Source: Antedon mediterranea (taxonomy: Eukaryota > Animalia > Echinodermata). From it: a DNA stretch of 64,000 nt. Both the position numbers and the translations under genes were made by a program. The notes beneath the pieces were generated by a model. The model was given only the letters and a program-made list of their open reading frames with translations, had not been told where the DNA came from and searched no databases. Numbering within the stretch: position 1 is the first letter of the stretch; the number at the start of each line of letters is the position of its first letter. Location: contig NC_092679.1 in the NCBI RefSeq assembly GCF_964355755.1, positions 23,667,432 to 23,731,431 of the forward strand, in the 5' to 3' direction. This document shows positions 1 to 12,137 of this stretch, piece after piece.

Positions 1-859
1 GCCTTTGTATTTTTATATAGGTACCATGTATTGGGATGCAATTTAACAGTTATGAATAAAAAATCTCTATATGATGCTTTAGTGCATTTTTCAGCTGTGA
101 AATATAAAATTGTTAATTGAAAAAGAAAATTTAGGGTGATCATCCCAGTATTTACAGTCTAAATTTGATACTTTATGCAACAATAGGCATAAACGATTTT
201 TAAATTAACAGGTATAAAAGCAAATTGAAAGCCCTACGTACTCTGTATTTGGAGGAAATAAGCATAAGAGGAAATAAGCATAAGAGCAAATAAAGCCTTG
301 ACCACAGGGTGTAATTCACTATTTTGAATCAGTAGTACGACTACTGTACTTATGTGTTGGACCATACTGTAATGTGGTCCAGGTTGACGGGCCAGGAATG
401 ATGGTAGTGCCAGTATATAGTTTACTGTAGTTTAGCCTCAAGGCAATACCATGTACAGTAGCTGGAGTACCTTGGAGAAATACAGTAGAGCTTTATGAGA
501 CTTGGTGTGTGATGATTCAGTATGATAATTTCTCCTGTGAAAGAAAAAATTGTTGAACTATGAAGAAAATATTGTAAAATATAACAAGAAAATTATACTA
601 TAGTATAATTAAGGGGTAACCGTATAATATATAATTATAATAAATGCAATGGCAATTACTAATATTATGTATACAATATTACATTTAAATTCATATATTA
701 TTTTATTATGATAAGGAAATCTGTTTTAGAATGAGAAAAAGCCGCCCCAACCCAGCTATCAATAAAGCTACAGTATAAACAGAATGAATAGACCATTATT
801 GTAACCGGTCTGGGTATAGCATAGACCTACTCTACTCTAGGCCTAGTAAGATTAGCTAG

Positions 860-1135
860 AAGGATACAGGTCAACACGTACCCATGCCAACAACGTACCC
901 AAATTTTGGTTTACTCATACCCAAAATGTTGGCCCACTCCTGCACATCATGGGCTGGCTCGTACTCATCATGGGCTGGCGCGCCTGTACCCATGTTTAAT
1001 GCTATTAAAAAGTATATTTATATTACATACGGGTTGGTTTGGGTACGGGTTGACCAGGACACCCTAGCTAGAATACGGGTCAACTCGTACCAATGGCTGC
1101 CAACTCGTACCCATCAGGCATCATGGATGGGCTAG
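860..1135. repeat. Cluster of (GGT)CAACTCGTACCC-like motifs in both orientations; probable MITE remnant
   Basis: Motif variants at about 869, 890, 1040 (inverted), 1078 and 1100, and again at 1500-1530. Confidence 0.35.
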
Positions 1136-3052
1136 AATACTACTTACAGGTTAGGTTAGCCTAGCTGGGCTAACCTACCTCACCTCTCACATGTCCTGAA
1201 AAGTAGGCCGAAAATGCGACCGAAATTACTGAAGCCCAGCAACCAACCAACCAGGCCTACTTAATTTAAAATTAACTCTATAGGCCTAGGCTAGCTAGCC
1301 CGGGCCTAGGCCTAGATAGATTAATTAGTGATCCGTAGTAGTGGGCTAACACCTTTGGCTCTACTACGAGGCCTTTTTATGCTCATAGGATAGCTTTTTT
1401 GCGGCGTACCTAATCTAGGCCTATGCCTATCTAGGCCAGATTTCCCATTCTCGCAGGACTATAGCCTATGCTCTAGTAGTGGGGCTAGTGGGTGTACCCT
1501 GGTCGACTCGTACCCATGCCAACTCGTACTTAACTTCCTACCCACCCCCTCATACCACCCAAATAATTGGTTGATTTCACGCTAGTAGGCCTAGCCTAGC
1601 TACGATATTCATTATGCCCTGCTAAAAAGGGAGATGAGCTACTAAACTAATTACGTAATTCGTACAATAATTGACTAGGCCTAGGCCTTTCTTGCATGGC
1701 AATACCATAACCTGTGCTACTATACTATTCTGGTTGCCGAGTGGATTTTATATTGAATATAGCCTATAACGTTACAAATTGTCTCCAGATAGGAACCTAA
1801 TGACAGCGATATCGTGTATTAAAAGTACTTAATACAGTCAGATAGGTCTCTGGTAGACTGTCAATAGTCTTCCACGTTGAATGTACTAACAGCTACAGAA
1901 TCGGGTGGTGGACTGGTACTGAGTCTCAAGTAAACTGGAACTACTTTTCCAAAAACTTTATTTGTGTACGAGTGGGAAAGTTATAATTTGTAATCTGAAA
2001 ACATAATTTGACTTAATGTCAGGTGTTTTGATACACGAGTAGTTTTAAAAACCCAATTTGTTCAAATCAATCCGCTTGTTTTGATAGGCTAGTCTATTAT
2101 ACTATATGGAGCAATTTCACCCGTTTGGCTATTTTTTATCCAGTAAAGTGGTACGGCCCTGCATTGTTAACTATGCACCACTGTCTTAAGCCTGTTTTCC
2201 AGCCGACGTTCTTCGACGACGCTATCATCGTTGATCGTTAAAAGTTAACATAAGTACTTTAATATACTCACAGTGTCTTCAATGCTGTCAAATCAGCAAA
2301 TGCATAGGCTGACAATGTAACTATTTGGTTATAGACCAAATCCCTTTAAAGAAAGAATGCAAAAGTAAAAATTATAAATTAGGGTTGGCACCAGGATCAT
2401 CCCGACAAAGGGTGGGGCTGATATGCAACAAGCGAAGCGAGCATCATCACTTCGTTGGTGCTAGAGTCACAGTTGGGGGTCCAGGGATTATGACCTTCAG
2501 CGTATTTAATTTGAGGCCATTTTAATGAATAAAATAAGTTAACTTTATATACTCACAGATATTTCAATGCTGTCAAATGAGCAAATGCATTGGCTGGCAA
2601 TGTAACTATTTGGTTATGGCTCAAATCCCTTTAAAGAAAGAATACAAACGTAAAAATGACAAATTATCGGTGGTAATAGGATCGTCTCGACAGGGGGGAT
2701 ATACATGGGAAAGCGAGCATCGCTTGGCTGGTACATGTCAAAGGGCCTGTGGGACCAAGGGGCCGGTTTAATAATTAAAAAGGGTTGTTTAATATACTCA
2801 CAGTTCTTCCAATGTTGTCAAATCAGCAAATACATTGGCTGGCAATGTAACTATTTGGTTATGGTTCAAATCCCTTTATAGATAGAATGCAATTACAATT
2901 AATTATACATCATATTAATGTGATATATATTTACTACAAAATAAAAATTACTACAACAATTTACTTAATTATATTTTCGCTGAACGACACGAAATCAAAG
3001 AAAAACAGTTATTTTGTAGAGTTTTCTCTAATATATCTCTGTTATTATTTAA

Positions 3053-5897
3053 AGTTGTATTGTCCCCCAAAACATGAAAAATAAAGATGAAAAAAATCAA
3101 ATTTTGAATAGACCATTTTGTAGTTATAATAAAGTTATTCACTTTCGCCGAAAAAAAATCCGAAAAAAATATTGATTTCGCTTATAAAAAATCAAAATAA
3201 GTTTACCATTTTTTCGAACTCATAAGTTCAGAAATGCCAAAATAACGATGGTTAGCTAACAGCTCATACATATGCATGATATGTTAATGAGTATCCAAAC
3301 AGGGGAGATCCGATCTGTTCACCACGTAAACAAACATGTGCGAAGAACAGAAGAAAGTGCTGGGGTTTCCCTGATCGTATGATGTAAAAAGCTCTGCCGT
3401 TAATTTGCTGGTAAGTAGAATTCTATTTTAGATGAATGACACATCCTCCTATAATAGTTTTTGGCGTATAGTTATAGGCTTAGCTATCTAGGCTAGGGCT
3501 ATAATATAAGCCTACTTCTACTATCTAGTAGGGCCTAGGCCTAGTTAGTACTGTAGTTTACTACTGTGTAGTGTAGTGGCAGCTGTAGGCAGGCAGATAA
3601 TCGGGTCAGAAAAGTAGACGGGAACCCACTTTGAGGCCTAGCTAGGTCCTATATGTCGTACTCACCTAGCTAAGCCATCACTCCACAACTAGCTACAGGA
3701 AATAGGCCTACTATGTTGATGTACCACTGATATACATTTGGAGCTCGAATTAATTTTAAAGTCTAAAAAAGACTAACTGATGACAAAAAACGAACATTTG
3801 GAAAATGATCAGCATACAGTACCAAAGAAGTTGACGGTAGAATAGATTGTTGTTGATAGCAACCAAAACGAAAACACTAGTAAAATAGACTAGGCCTTTT
3901 TTAGGGAGGAGATGCACTTTTCAGGGATTCCTTACTGTACATTAGTACCCCAAATTGAAAACTTCAGATTCATGTACAGAAATAATAATTATATGTATGC
4001 AATAAATTGTGAAATATTTAACTTTTCTATTTGACTTTTGTATTTATACATCATTGTTTTTCAATTTATAGACTTAAGCTAATGAAGACTGGAACAGAAG
4101 TTACACCCATACAGCATTTTAAAGGCAACTGGCAGTAGACTCGGTAGTGGAACACAAGATAAATATTGGATGACTATCATAAAGCATTAGGCAAATGTGT
4201 TGGTTGTTTTCCAGCTTTTAAAATTTTGTATAGTTTTCATAATTAGAGCAATAACATTTGTATACAGCATTAAATAAATAAAAAATACTACTACAGTACA
4301 TGAGATAAAATCACCATAATTTTAATGTGTGAAGATTTACAGTACAGTACAGTACAGTAAAAAATGAGTTAATTACTAGTATATTTCATTGAATTTCTGC
4401 ATTATTGTTGACAATTTATTTTCAACTATTAATTGATGTGTTGATTGTGGCATTACAGCAATAGCTTGTCTTCTGTGATTGTTCATCCATTTTAAAGTGT
4501 CATAGTAAGAAACGTTCAAATAAATATTGTGAATGTTGCTACCACATTTTGTATTGATTTCTTCACCATTTTCCACTACTTGCTCATATTGTTCATTCAA
4601 GTGTGTTAATACCTATTAAAAGAAAGACATTATTTATTAAAATATGTACATAAAAAGTTTAATTGTGTGAATGTTGGTTTGAACGTTATTGCTTTGGAAG
4701 AATTTTCAACATAACGGTACTAAGTACTGTAAAGTACACATTCCAAAAAATATTCAACTTAGATTATTTGGTCATTTTCTCTAAAATAATTACATTATTG
4801 GATGTACAGTATAGGCCTAGTTACAATGTTCACAAATTTATATTAGCATTAAAATCTGATTAATCATGAAGGAAAAACCAAGCACCATAATCTCTCCTGG
4901 CCCTGGTGGTGACCTTATTTTCTATTTTTGGCAGCCATTCACAAGTTTTCGCTTTTTGAGTTTCGCTGCTCTTATGTATAATTTTTTTAAATCACAAACT
5001 CTACATAGAAAAAAAAATTAAATGTTTTAAAATGAATGAAAAGTGATATGAATAATGATAAATTAAAGACTATTATTAATATTATAATATTATACTAAAA
5101 ATAAGACGAGTTGGTGGTGTCGAAATTCACACAAGTCACAATAAAACCACGGAGGTATAAAATATTTTATTTTTATACCTCCATGCTAAAACCTTATTCC
5201 TTACTCCATGCTCACAGATGAATGTTATAGGCCTAATCCTATTTAAAGCTAGGTTGGCAATAACTATTAATAAGGCTTACAAGTTGTATCTATTAGTATT
5301 AGCTAGGCCTGCTACTCACTCAGGGTGAACCCTCACTCAGGCCTACAACTAGGCCTAGTACTACTACCACTACTAGACTAGCTACTACTCTAGGCCTAGC
5401 CAATAGATAGGGGATAGTACACTAGATAGCCAGTACAGCTGTAATGGGCTAGCTAGGCTTCCTATACTAACTAACAAAGCTGCACCATAGAAACTACAGT
5501 TCTTACTTACCAATCTGTTAGGGCCTAGCCATAGTCTTTTCTTCAAGTAGGAGTTGTTTTTTGTTGTTGTTAAACTACAGAACTTTCCCACATCGTCGTC
5601 TCGCCATATCACGTCGTATTTTTTTTCTGATGACCTAGAGGTCACATACACGCACAAGAATCATACAATATGCATAATTCATAAGCTAATTCAGGTCAAG
5701 GGTTAAATTTAACCGGAAGCCAGCTGGCTGCCAGCCAACCGACTTCCGGTTGACTATTTTTTACTTTAAATTACGATTTTCTAAGGTAAATAATTTTTTT
5801 TTTGATCCAATTTTTTTTTCAAAGTGAATAACTTTTATGTATCATTAAAATGGCCTTAAAAAAAAATTTTTTTTTTGTTCAGGGGGACAATACATCT
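3053..5897. mobile_element. Non-autonomous Kolobok-type DNA transposon (TTAA TSD, AG...CT ends)
   Basis: TIRs AGTTGTATTGTCCCCC / GGGGGACAATACATCT, with TTAA at 3049-3052 and 5898-5901. The paralogous repeat carries the empty site GTTATTATTTAATGTTATGAC at about 12694-12714. No intact transposase ORF. Confidence 0.8.
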
Positions 5898-6970
5898 TTA
5901 ATGTTATGACTGTTTTGTTATTGTTATGCCTAAGTAATTACCTACAATGTCATGTTATTTATATTTTTTAGTGTTTGAAACATCGTCGGCATTTAAATTT
6001 TAAAGTAAGATGATCAAAAAATCAATCAATTCTTCGATTTCAATTTCTATTTAGATAATCCCAAAATCGTGCTATCTTAAAGTAGACAAAAACGTCTATA
6101 ACCTTTGACTTGGTCCACCATGCCACAACTGAAAAAGTCTCAAGTGAACTGAAACTACTTTTCCAAAAACTTTATTTGTGTACGAGTGGGGAAGTTATAA
6201 TTTGTAATCTGAAAACATAATTTGACTTAATGTCAGGTGTTTCGATACACGATAGTTTTAAAACTCAATTTGTTCAAATCAATCCGCTTGTTTGAAGCGT
6301 TTTGATAGGCTATTCTATTATACTATAGGGAGCAATCTCACCCGTTAGGCTATTTTTTATCCCAGTAAAGTGGTAAGGCCCTGCATGGTTAACTAAGCAC
6401 CACTGTCTAAGCCTGTTTTCCATCCAACGTTGTTCGACGACGCTATCATCGTTGATCGTTAAAAGTTAAAATAAGTCGCTCGCAAACTCGCAAATTTCAA
6501 TGTAAAATCAGCAAATGCATTGGCTGGCAAAGTACCTATTTGGTTATTTTACTAATACCGTTAAAAAAAGAATGGAACGAGTGGAACCAGGATCATCCCG
6601 ACAAGGGGGATATGTAACAAGCGAAGCGAGCATGGTCACTTAGTTGATACTAGGGCCACAGTTGAGGGTCCTGGGGAAGAATGACGTTCAGAGTATTTAA
6701 TTTGAGGCCATTTTAATGAATAAAATAAGTTAATTTAATATACTCACAGTTCTTCCAAGGCTGTCAAATCAGCAAATGCATTGGCTGGCAATGTAACTAT
6801 TTGGTTATGGCCCAAATCCCTTTAAAAAAAGAATGCAAACGTAGAATACAATTGTACATTATATTAATGTGATAAATATTTACTAAAAAATACAAATTAC
6901 TACAACAACTTACTTATTTCATTATATTATTATTATTATTATTATATTATTATAGTACAAATCCCTTTAA

Positions 6971-7205
6971 AGTTGTATTGTCCCCCAAAACATGAAAAAT
7001 AAAGATGAAAAAAATCAAATTTTGAATAAACCATTTTGTAGTTATAATAAAGTTATATAAAAAAATATTGATTTCGCTTATAAAAAATCAAAATAAGTTT
7101 ATCATTTTTTCGAACTCATAAGCTCAGAAATTCCTAAATAACGATGGTTAGCTAACAGCTCATAAATATGCATGATATGTTAATGAGTATCTAAACAGGG
7201 GGAGA
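6971..7205 (+). mobile_element. Truncated left end of a second copy of the same Kolobok-type element
   Basis: TTAA followed by AGTTGTATTGTCCCCCAAAACATG; co-linear with 3053-3308, then replaced by the array at 7220. Confidence 0.75.
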
Positions 7206-7219
7206 CGGGTTGGTGAATT

Positions 7220-7700
7220 TTGTCCAAGATGGGGAAATTCCTGTCCAGAATGGGGAAATATTTTGTCCAGAATAAGAACAATAGCGATAGGTGGCGCTAT
7301 AATCGTGTCCAAGATGGGGAAGCTGTCCAATATAGAGAAATCAGATTTGTCCAAAATGGGGAAATTTCTGTCCAAGATGGGGAAGTGGTGGCGCTATATC
7401 GTGTCCAAAATGGGGAAATTTCTGTCCAAGATGGGGAAGTGGTGGCGCTATATCGTGTCCAAAATGGGGAAATTTCTGTCCAGGATGGGGAAATGCTGTG
7501 TCAAAAATAGGGAAGCTGTCCAATATAGAGAAATCCGATTTGTCCAGAATGGGGAAATTTCTGTCCAGAATGGGGAAGTGCTGTGTCCAAGATGGGGAAG
7601 CTGTCCAATATAGAGAAAGACGATTTGTCCAAAATGGAGAAATTTCTGTCCAGAATGGGGAAGTGCTGTGTCCAAAATAGGGAAGCTCCACAATATAGAG
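7220..7700. repeat. Tandem array of TGTCCA(A/G)(A/G)ATGGGGAA motifs, probably subterminal repeats of a Foldback/MULE-like element
   Basis: More than 15 copies of the core motif with 21-35 bp spacing. The overlapping repetitive ORFs here are by-products of the array. Confidence 0.8.
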
Positions 7701-8159
7701 AAGGCAAAACATTAAAACAACATAAGAAACTTTTTTTTGTTTTAAAACTTTAATTAAGTTCACACTTCTAATCTGAAAACACTACAAAATGTACATAATA
7801 ATAACAGTACTATGTTACACTTTACAAGTACATTTGAAGTGGAAAGGTGTTCTATTAATTAAATAATTAACACCGTTATTAGCTAATTTTAAGTATAATA
7901 AACATAGTGAGGGATGTGGTTCCAATTTACTATTGAAGTAAATTTTCACTGAATCTATACATTTATCTGAAGTTAAAAACTACAGTATATTATATTAAAT
8001 TCCAAGCATAAAAACCACAAAAAAAAATTAGTACCGGCACCGCCATTATTATACCACATCAGTAAGAGTACAGAATATTTATTAATATATTTAATACATG
8101 TTGTCACTTCTTTTCCTTCTTTCTATCCTTTTTATTTTTTCTTTTTTGTTTTTGTTTTT

Positions 8160-8268
8160 TTTTCGACCACAGGCCGCGGGTATTAATCTATCGTCACATG
8201 CAGTAATTCCACATGGAATTTCGACCACATGATGGAATCCTTGAGTTATTATAGTAACTCAATGGTTT
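8160..8268. mobile_element. Helentron-associated (HINE/DINE-like) short element
   Basis: TTTCGACCACA repeated at 8161 and 8219, followed by the hairpin CCTTGAGTTA-TTATAG-TAACTCAATGG, set in a T-run. Confidence 0.35.
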
Positions 8269-8600
8269 AAAATCAAACGTACACGCCGAATCATTAATTT
8301 CCAGCTATAAACAAAGTGATATCATTGACAAATCGTGCAATATTTGGCCTAATTTTAACTAATTAACTAATTCTCACTTTACAATAGTATACGAGTGTTT
8401 GCATATTTGTAACATAGTATTAATTAGTGCTTTAAATGCGTTATTTCCTACTCCAAATAGGCATAGTTTAGTGTTAATAATTATGTTGATATTAAAATAT
8501 GATTAACAGCCAGTGCTTCGCATTTTCTGTAAGGTTTATGCTCAATTAGATTTGTTTTTTGGGTTAAATTTCTCTCAAAATCTTTGTGTCTATACAAATG

Positions 8601-9395
8601 TTATTGGTGAGCAACTATTCTGTCAATGTGTATTCTTTTAAATTTACCAGGGAGTGAATTGCTGTGCTGATTTATTATGGCTACTGATGTTCTTCCCATT
8701 TTCTTGAAAACTTTCCCATTCTGCCGATCATCTCTAATTCCATCAAGAAAAATGTTCATATGGATCATTTCATGAGCCATAGTATTAAGCAATTCACTCG
8801 TCGAATCTGCAGCATTTTTACTATTAATATTTATTATTGATGAGAAACCAATTTTATTCTTATGCAATAATTGAAGTGTTTCTCCGTAAACATTACCTAA
8901 AGGTACAAGAAACACATGATCCTCGGCCTTGGGTAACTTTCCCAAGTATACAATAGTGTTTATGTAGTTGTAGAGCGAATGTATGTCCTTAACCATCTGT
9001 TGGTCTTGCTTGTGGGTCTCTCTCTTCTTGCTTCGGTTCGTAACCGCTCTTGTTGATCATATATTTTCTTTTTATGAGTACATCTTTCGCACATGGCATG
9101 TGTTATGCATTCCTTATGATAAGGCTTGTGGCATGTAAAGCAGTTGATGACTTGTGGAGTGATGGGTGGGTTGCAGCAGTTTGTCAGAGGTATTGCGGAC
9201 ATCCTTGATGCAGGGGCATTGTGGCAGTTATCAATTTCTAAATATCCACGCAAAATCTCCCTTCTCAAATGCTTCAACAAGCTTTCGCCTAACAACCCTC
9301 TCGTCTTCTTCAAATCGTAGTGTTGATGGATCTTTTCCTGCACATAGTGCAGCAGCAAATGCAAATGCTATACAAAAATGGCCACAAGTGTTACT
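8601..9395 (-). pseudogene. Frameshifted transposon-borne ORF remnant: Ulp1/C48-like protease C-terminus + PHD-type finger + SprT-like HExxH metalloprotease
   Basis: One frame at 9395-9240 reads SNTCGHFCIAFAFAAALCAGKDPSTLRFEED...RRKLVEAFEKG. The next frame reads CCNPP...CFTCHKPYHKEC...CERC. ORF 8996-8601 reads KDIHSLYNYINTIVYLGKLP...LLNTMAHEMIHM...DDRQNGKVF. Two frameshifts separate the segments. Confidence 0.65.
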
Positions 9396-12137
9396 TTTAT
9401 TTTATTTTTATTTTATTCATTTCGGCAATAAACATAAAATAATAATTACAAAAAAAAAACAAAAACATAGAAATATATATATATATATATATATATGAAA
9501 AACAAGACACGAGGCCGAGGAAAGACAAAAGCATTAAACAAAACGCTGTCACCGGTAAGGTGTGTCTCTCCAACACATAAATAACAAATAACAAGAATAT
9601 ATACAAATATAGTAGACATATCAATTCATTTAAAAATTTAAAAAGTTTCTCTCCGACATTTAAAATATAGCTTTAGAGATAATTTGAAATTAATAAAAGA
9701 ACCATTAACAAAAATATCGCGAATCTCATTGGGTATGGAATTTGAAGTTCTAGTGAATCTGGTCGGGATGCAAAATTTTGACATATCATTACTGGAGCGA
9801 AGATGCTTGAAAGTGAGAGTATCATGACGATTATTAACTATGAGTAAATTATAAATAATAGATCTTTGATGATAAAGTAAAACATTGCAAACAAATAGAA
9901 CAGTATAACAATCTCTAATAGCGATTGTGGATGGGATATCAAGAGTGTCTAGTCTCCCCTCATATGACTGTTCCTGACGACGTTGATGTAAAATCAACCG
10001 GGTGGCCCGTCTCTGGATTTGCTCAATCATTTGAATTTGACATATGCGATAAGGGTACCACACCTCGCAACAGTACTGTATATGAGGGAGGACTAGACAC
10101 TGGTATAATTTTAAAAGAACGGGTGTAGAACAACCACCAGCAATTGCTCTAACAAGACCCAGTGTTCTATTACACTTATTTACAACCGCATGGACTTGTT
10201 TAGACCATGACAAATCATCGGATATGTACACACCAAGAATTTTCAGATGTTTAACATGTGCAATAACCTGATCGTTAAGTATATAGTCATTAGAAGATGG
10301 AGCTCTCCTTCTATCGATATACAAGATGTTACATTTAGTAGGGTTTAAAATAAGTTTGTTTAAAATTGACCATTCAGAGATTTTGTTAATGTCTCTCTGT
10401 AAGGAAATAAAATCACAATAAGAATAACCTGCTTTACTAATAAATGTATCGTCAGCATATTGGTACGGTTTATTTTCCAAGTGAAGATTTAAGTCATTCA
10501 CGTAAATGTTGAACAATAATGGCCCCAAGACTGACCCCTGGGGGACACCTGACTTGAATAAACACCATTCAGATTGGACACCATTAAAAATTACTCTTTG
10601 CTTACGACCAGATAAGAAAGAGTTAATCCATTTTAATAATACACCGCCAACACCATACGTTTTTGAAAGCTTATTCACCAGAATGTCATGCGAGATGGAA
10701 TCAAATGCCCTACTGTAATCAAGAGCCACGACATCAATCCGTGGTGCCCCATTATCTAAAGCCTTAACCCAGGATGTTGTAGCCTCAGCCAAGACTGAGG
10801 AACAAGATTTTCTTGGAGTAAAACCATATTGGCCATCAAACATGAGTCCAAATTCGTTCAGATGAAGACGGAGTTCATCGGTGACAATACTCTCGAGCAC
10901 CTTTGAGAACAAAGATGTCAGTGCAATTGGTCTATAGTTGCATAGGTTCGTCTTGCTGAGCTTCTTATGGACTGGTGCGATGTTTGCACATTTCCATGCC
11001 GAAGGAAGTTCACCACTTTCCAAACTGAAGTTAAAAACATCGGCAAGTAATGGCGATAAACCTTTGGAACAGAGTTTTAACATTTGAGATGTAATGCCAT
11101 CGGGCCCGGCAGCTTTGCCCACAGAGAGTTTCATGATCTTCCTGAAAACAACAATGGGATGGACAATAATGTTTGCTAGAGCAGTAACCTCTAGTCTGGG
11201 TGATGTAGATTCATCTGTTAATGGGTCACTCTGGGTAAAATAAGATTCGAATAGTGAATTAAACGCGTTCGCAATTGTCCTTGGATCGGAGCACATTGTA
11301 TCATTAATCACAAATGAAGAACAATTTGCAGACTTCCGTTTAGACTGGACATAGGCCTACTGCCAGAATTGCTTCATATTATCAGCTTTTCCCATTAATT
11401 CATCAATATATTTACTGTGGGAACGATTTGTGACATATCTTATTTTATTACGGAGAATTTCCTCAAGTTCCAAAGCAGAGTTAGGTTTAGATGGTGGTCT
11501 ATAAAATACACCGCAAAGCCATCTACCATCATTGACACTGAATTCTGCCCAGACACATTCAACATTTTCCATTGAAGGATGGGTAACTTGGATAGGATGT
11601 AATGGCCAGAAGCACACCACCACCGTCTTTATGAGCACCTCTGTCCTTGCGAAAAATGACATGTTGGTTTGATATAACACCATCACTGAGAACTGTATCG
11701 GTGAGCCAGGTTTCAGTTATACCGATGATTGATAGGTGAGTATTCTGTCCCAGGTAAGTTTGTAGACATCTTAGTTTGTTTTTTAGGCTCCTGGCGTTAA
11801 TTAGTACACTACAAATGCTTTCTGATGTTGCAGTTGTATTAAGGGAATCTTTAGAAATATCACTGTTACTTGTCTCAGATTCAATTAAAGACTCATCGGT
11901 GGAGAAGTACGAGTCATTTAGTTTAGGGAGAGCACAATGGTAACAGATCCAGTTATGATTTCTATCCTTAAAAGATTTGCGAAAATGATTTGGGGAAATC
12001 TGGACACAGCTAGCGTGAAAGATTAAAGAGCATTCACAACATACGATTTTCTGACGGTTTCGAAAAATGTTCTTGAAACATGATCCACATGTAACAATAG
12101 CATTTCCATTAGCAACTCGGGGACAGGTAGGCCTGGT
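9396..12137 (-). mobile_element. CR1/L2-group non-LTR retrotransposon (PHD + APE endonuclease fragment + RT), internally deleted
   Basis: RT ORF 11311-9638 contains YRPIALT, LDYSRAFD, GVPQGSVLGP and YADD. APE motifs NARSL, ITETWL, DRG..GGGV and YRPP lie at about 11810-11490. A PHD finger (CGSC...CCEC...FHASC...WICYHC) lies at about 12090-11930. The AATAA-rich 3' tail is at 9396-9420. Confidence 0.9.
9638..11311 (-). CDS. Reverse transcriptase ORF of the CR1/L2-group LINE (557 aa, N-terminally disrupted)
   Basis: ORF track; canonical non-LTR RT motifs. Confidence 0.85.
   Translation of the reverse strand: MINDTMCSDPRTIANAFNSLFESYFTQSDPLTDESTSPRLEVTALANIIVHPIVVFRKIMKLSVGKAAGPDGITSQMLKLCSKGLSPLLADVFNFSLESGELPSAWKCANIAPVHKKLSKTNLCNYRPIALTSLFSKVLESIVTDELRLHLNEFGLMFDGQYGFTPRKSCSSVLAEATTSWVKALDNGAPRIDVVALDYSRAFDSISHDILVNKLSKTYGVGGVLLKWINSFLSGRKQRVIFNGVQSEWCLFKSGVPQGSVLGPLLFNIYVNDLNLHLENKPYQYADDTFISKAGYSYCDFISLQRDINKISEWSILNKLILNPTKCNILYIDRRRAPSSNDYILNDQVIAHVKHLKILGVYISDDLSWSKQVHAVVNKCNRTLGLVRAIAGGCSTPVLLKLYQCLVLPHIQYCCEVWYPYRICQIQMIEQIQRRATRLILHQRRQEQSYEGRLDTLDIPSTIAIRDCYTVLFVCNVLLYHQRSIIYNLLIVNNRHDTLTFKHLRSSNDMSKFCIPTRFTRTSNSIPNEIRDIFVNGSFINFKLSLKLYFKCRRETF

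Noticed and set aside
5385-5657. Possible THAP-like start (GKFCSL...NNSY) within the Kolobok-type element
   Set aside because: It lacks the remaining C/H ligands and is too degenerate to support.
7160-7763. Seven overlapping repetitive ORFs (SKMGK..., FPILD...)
   Set aside because: They are translations of a stop-poor tandem DNA motif on both strands, with no sign of a real protein.
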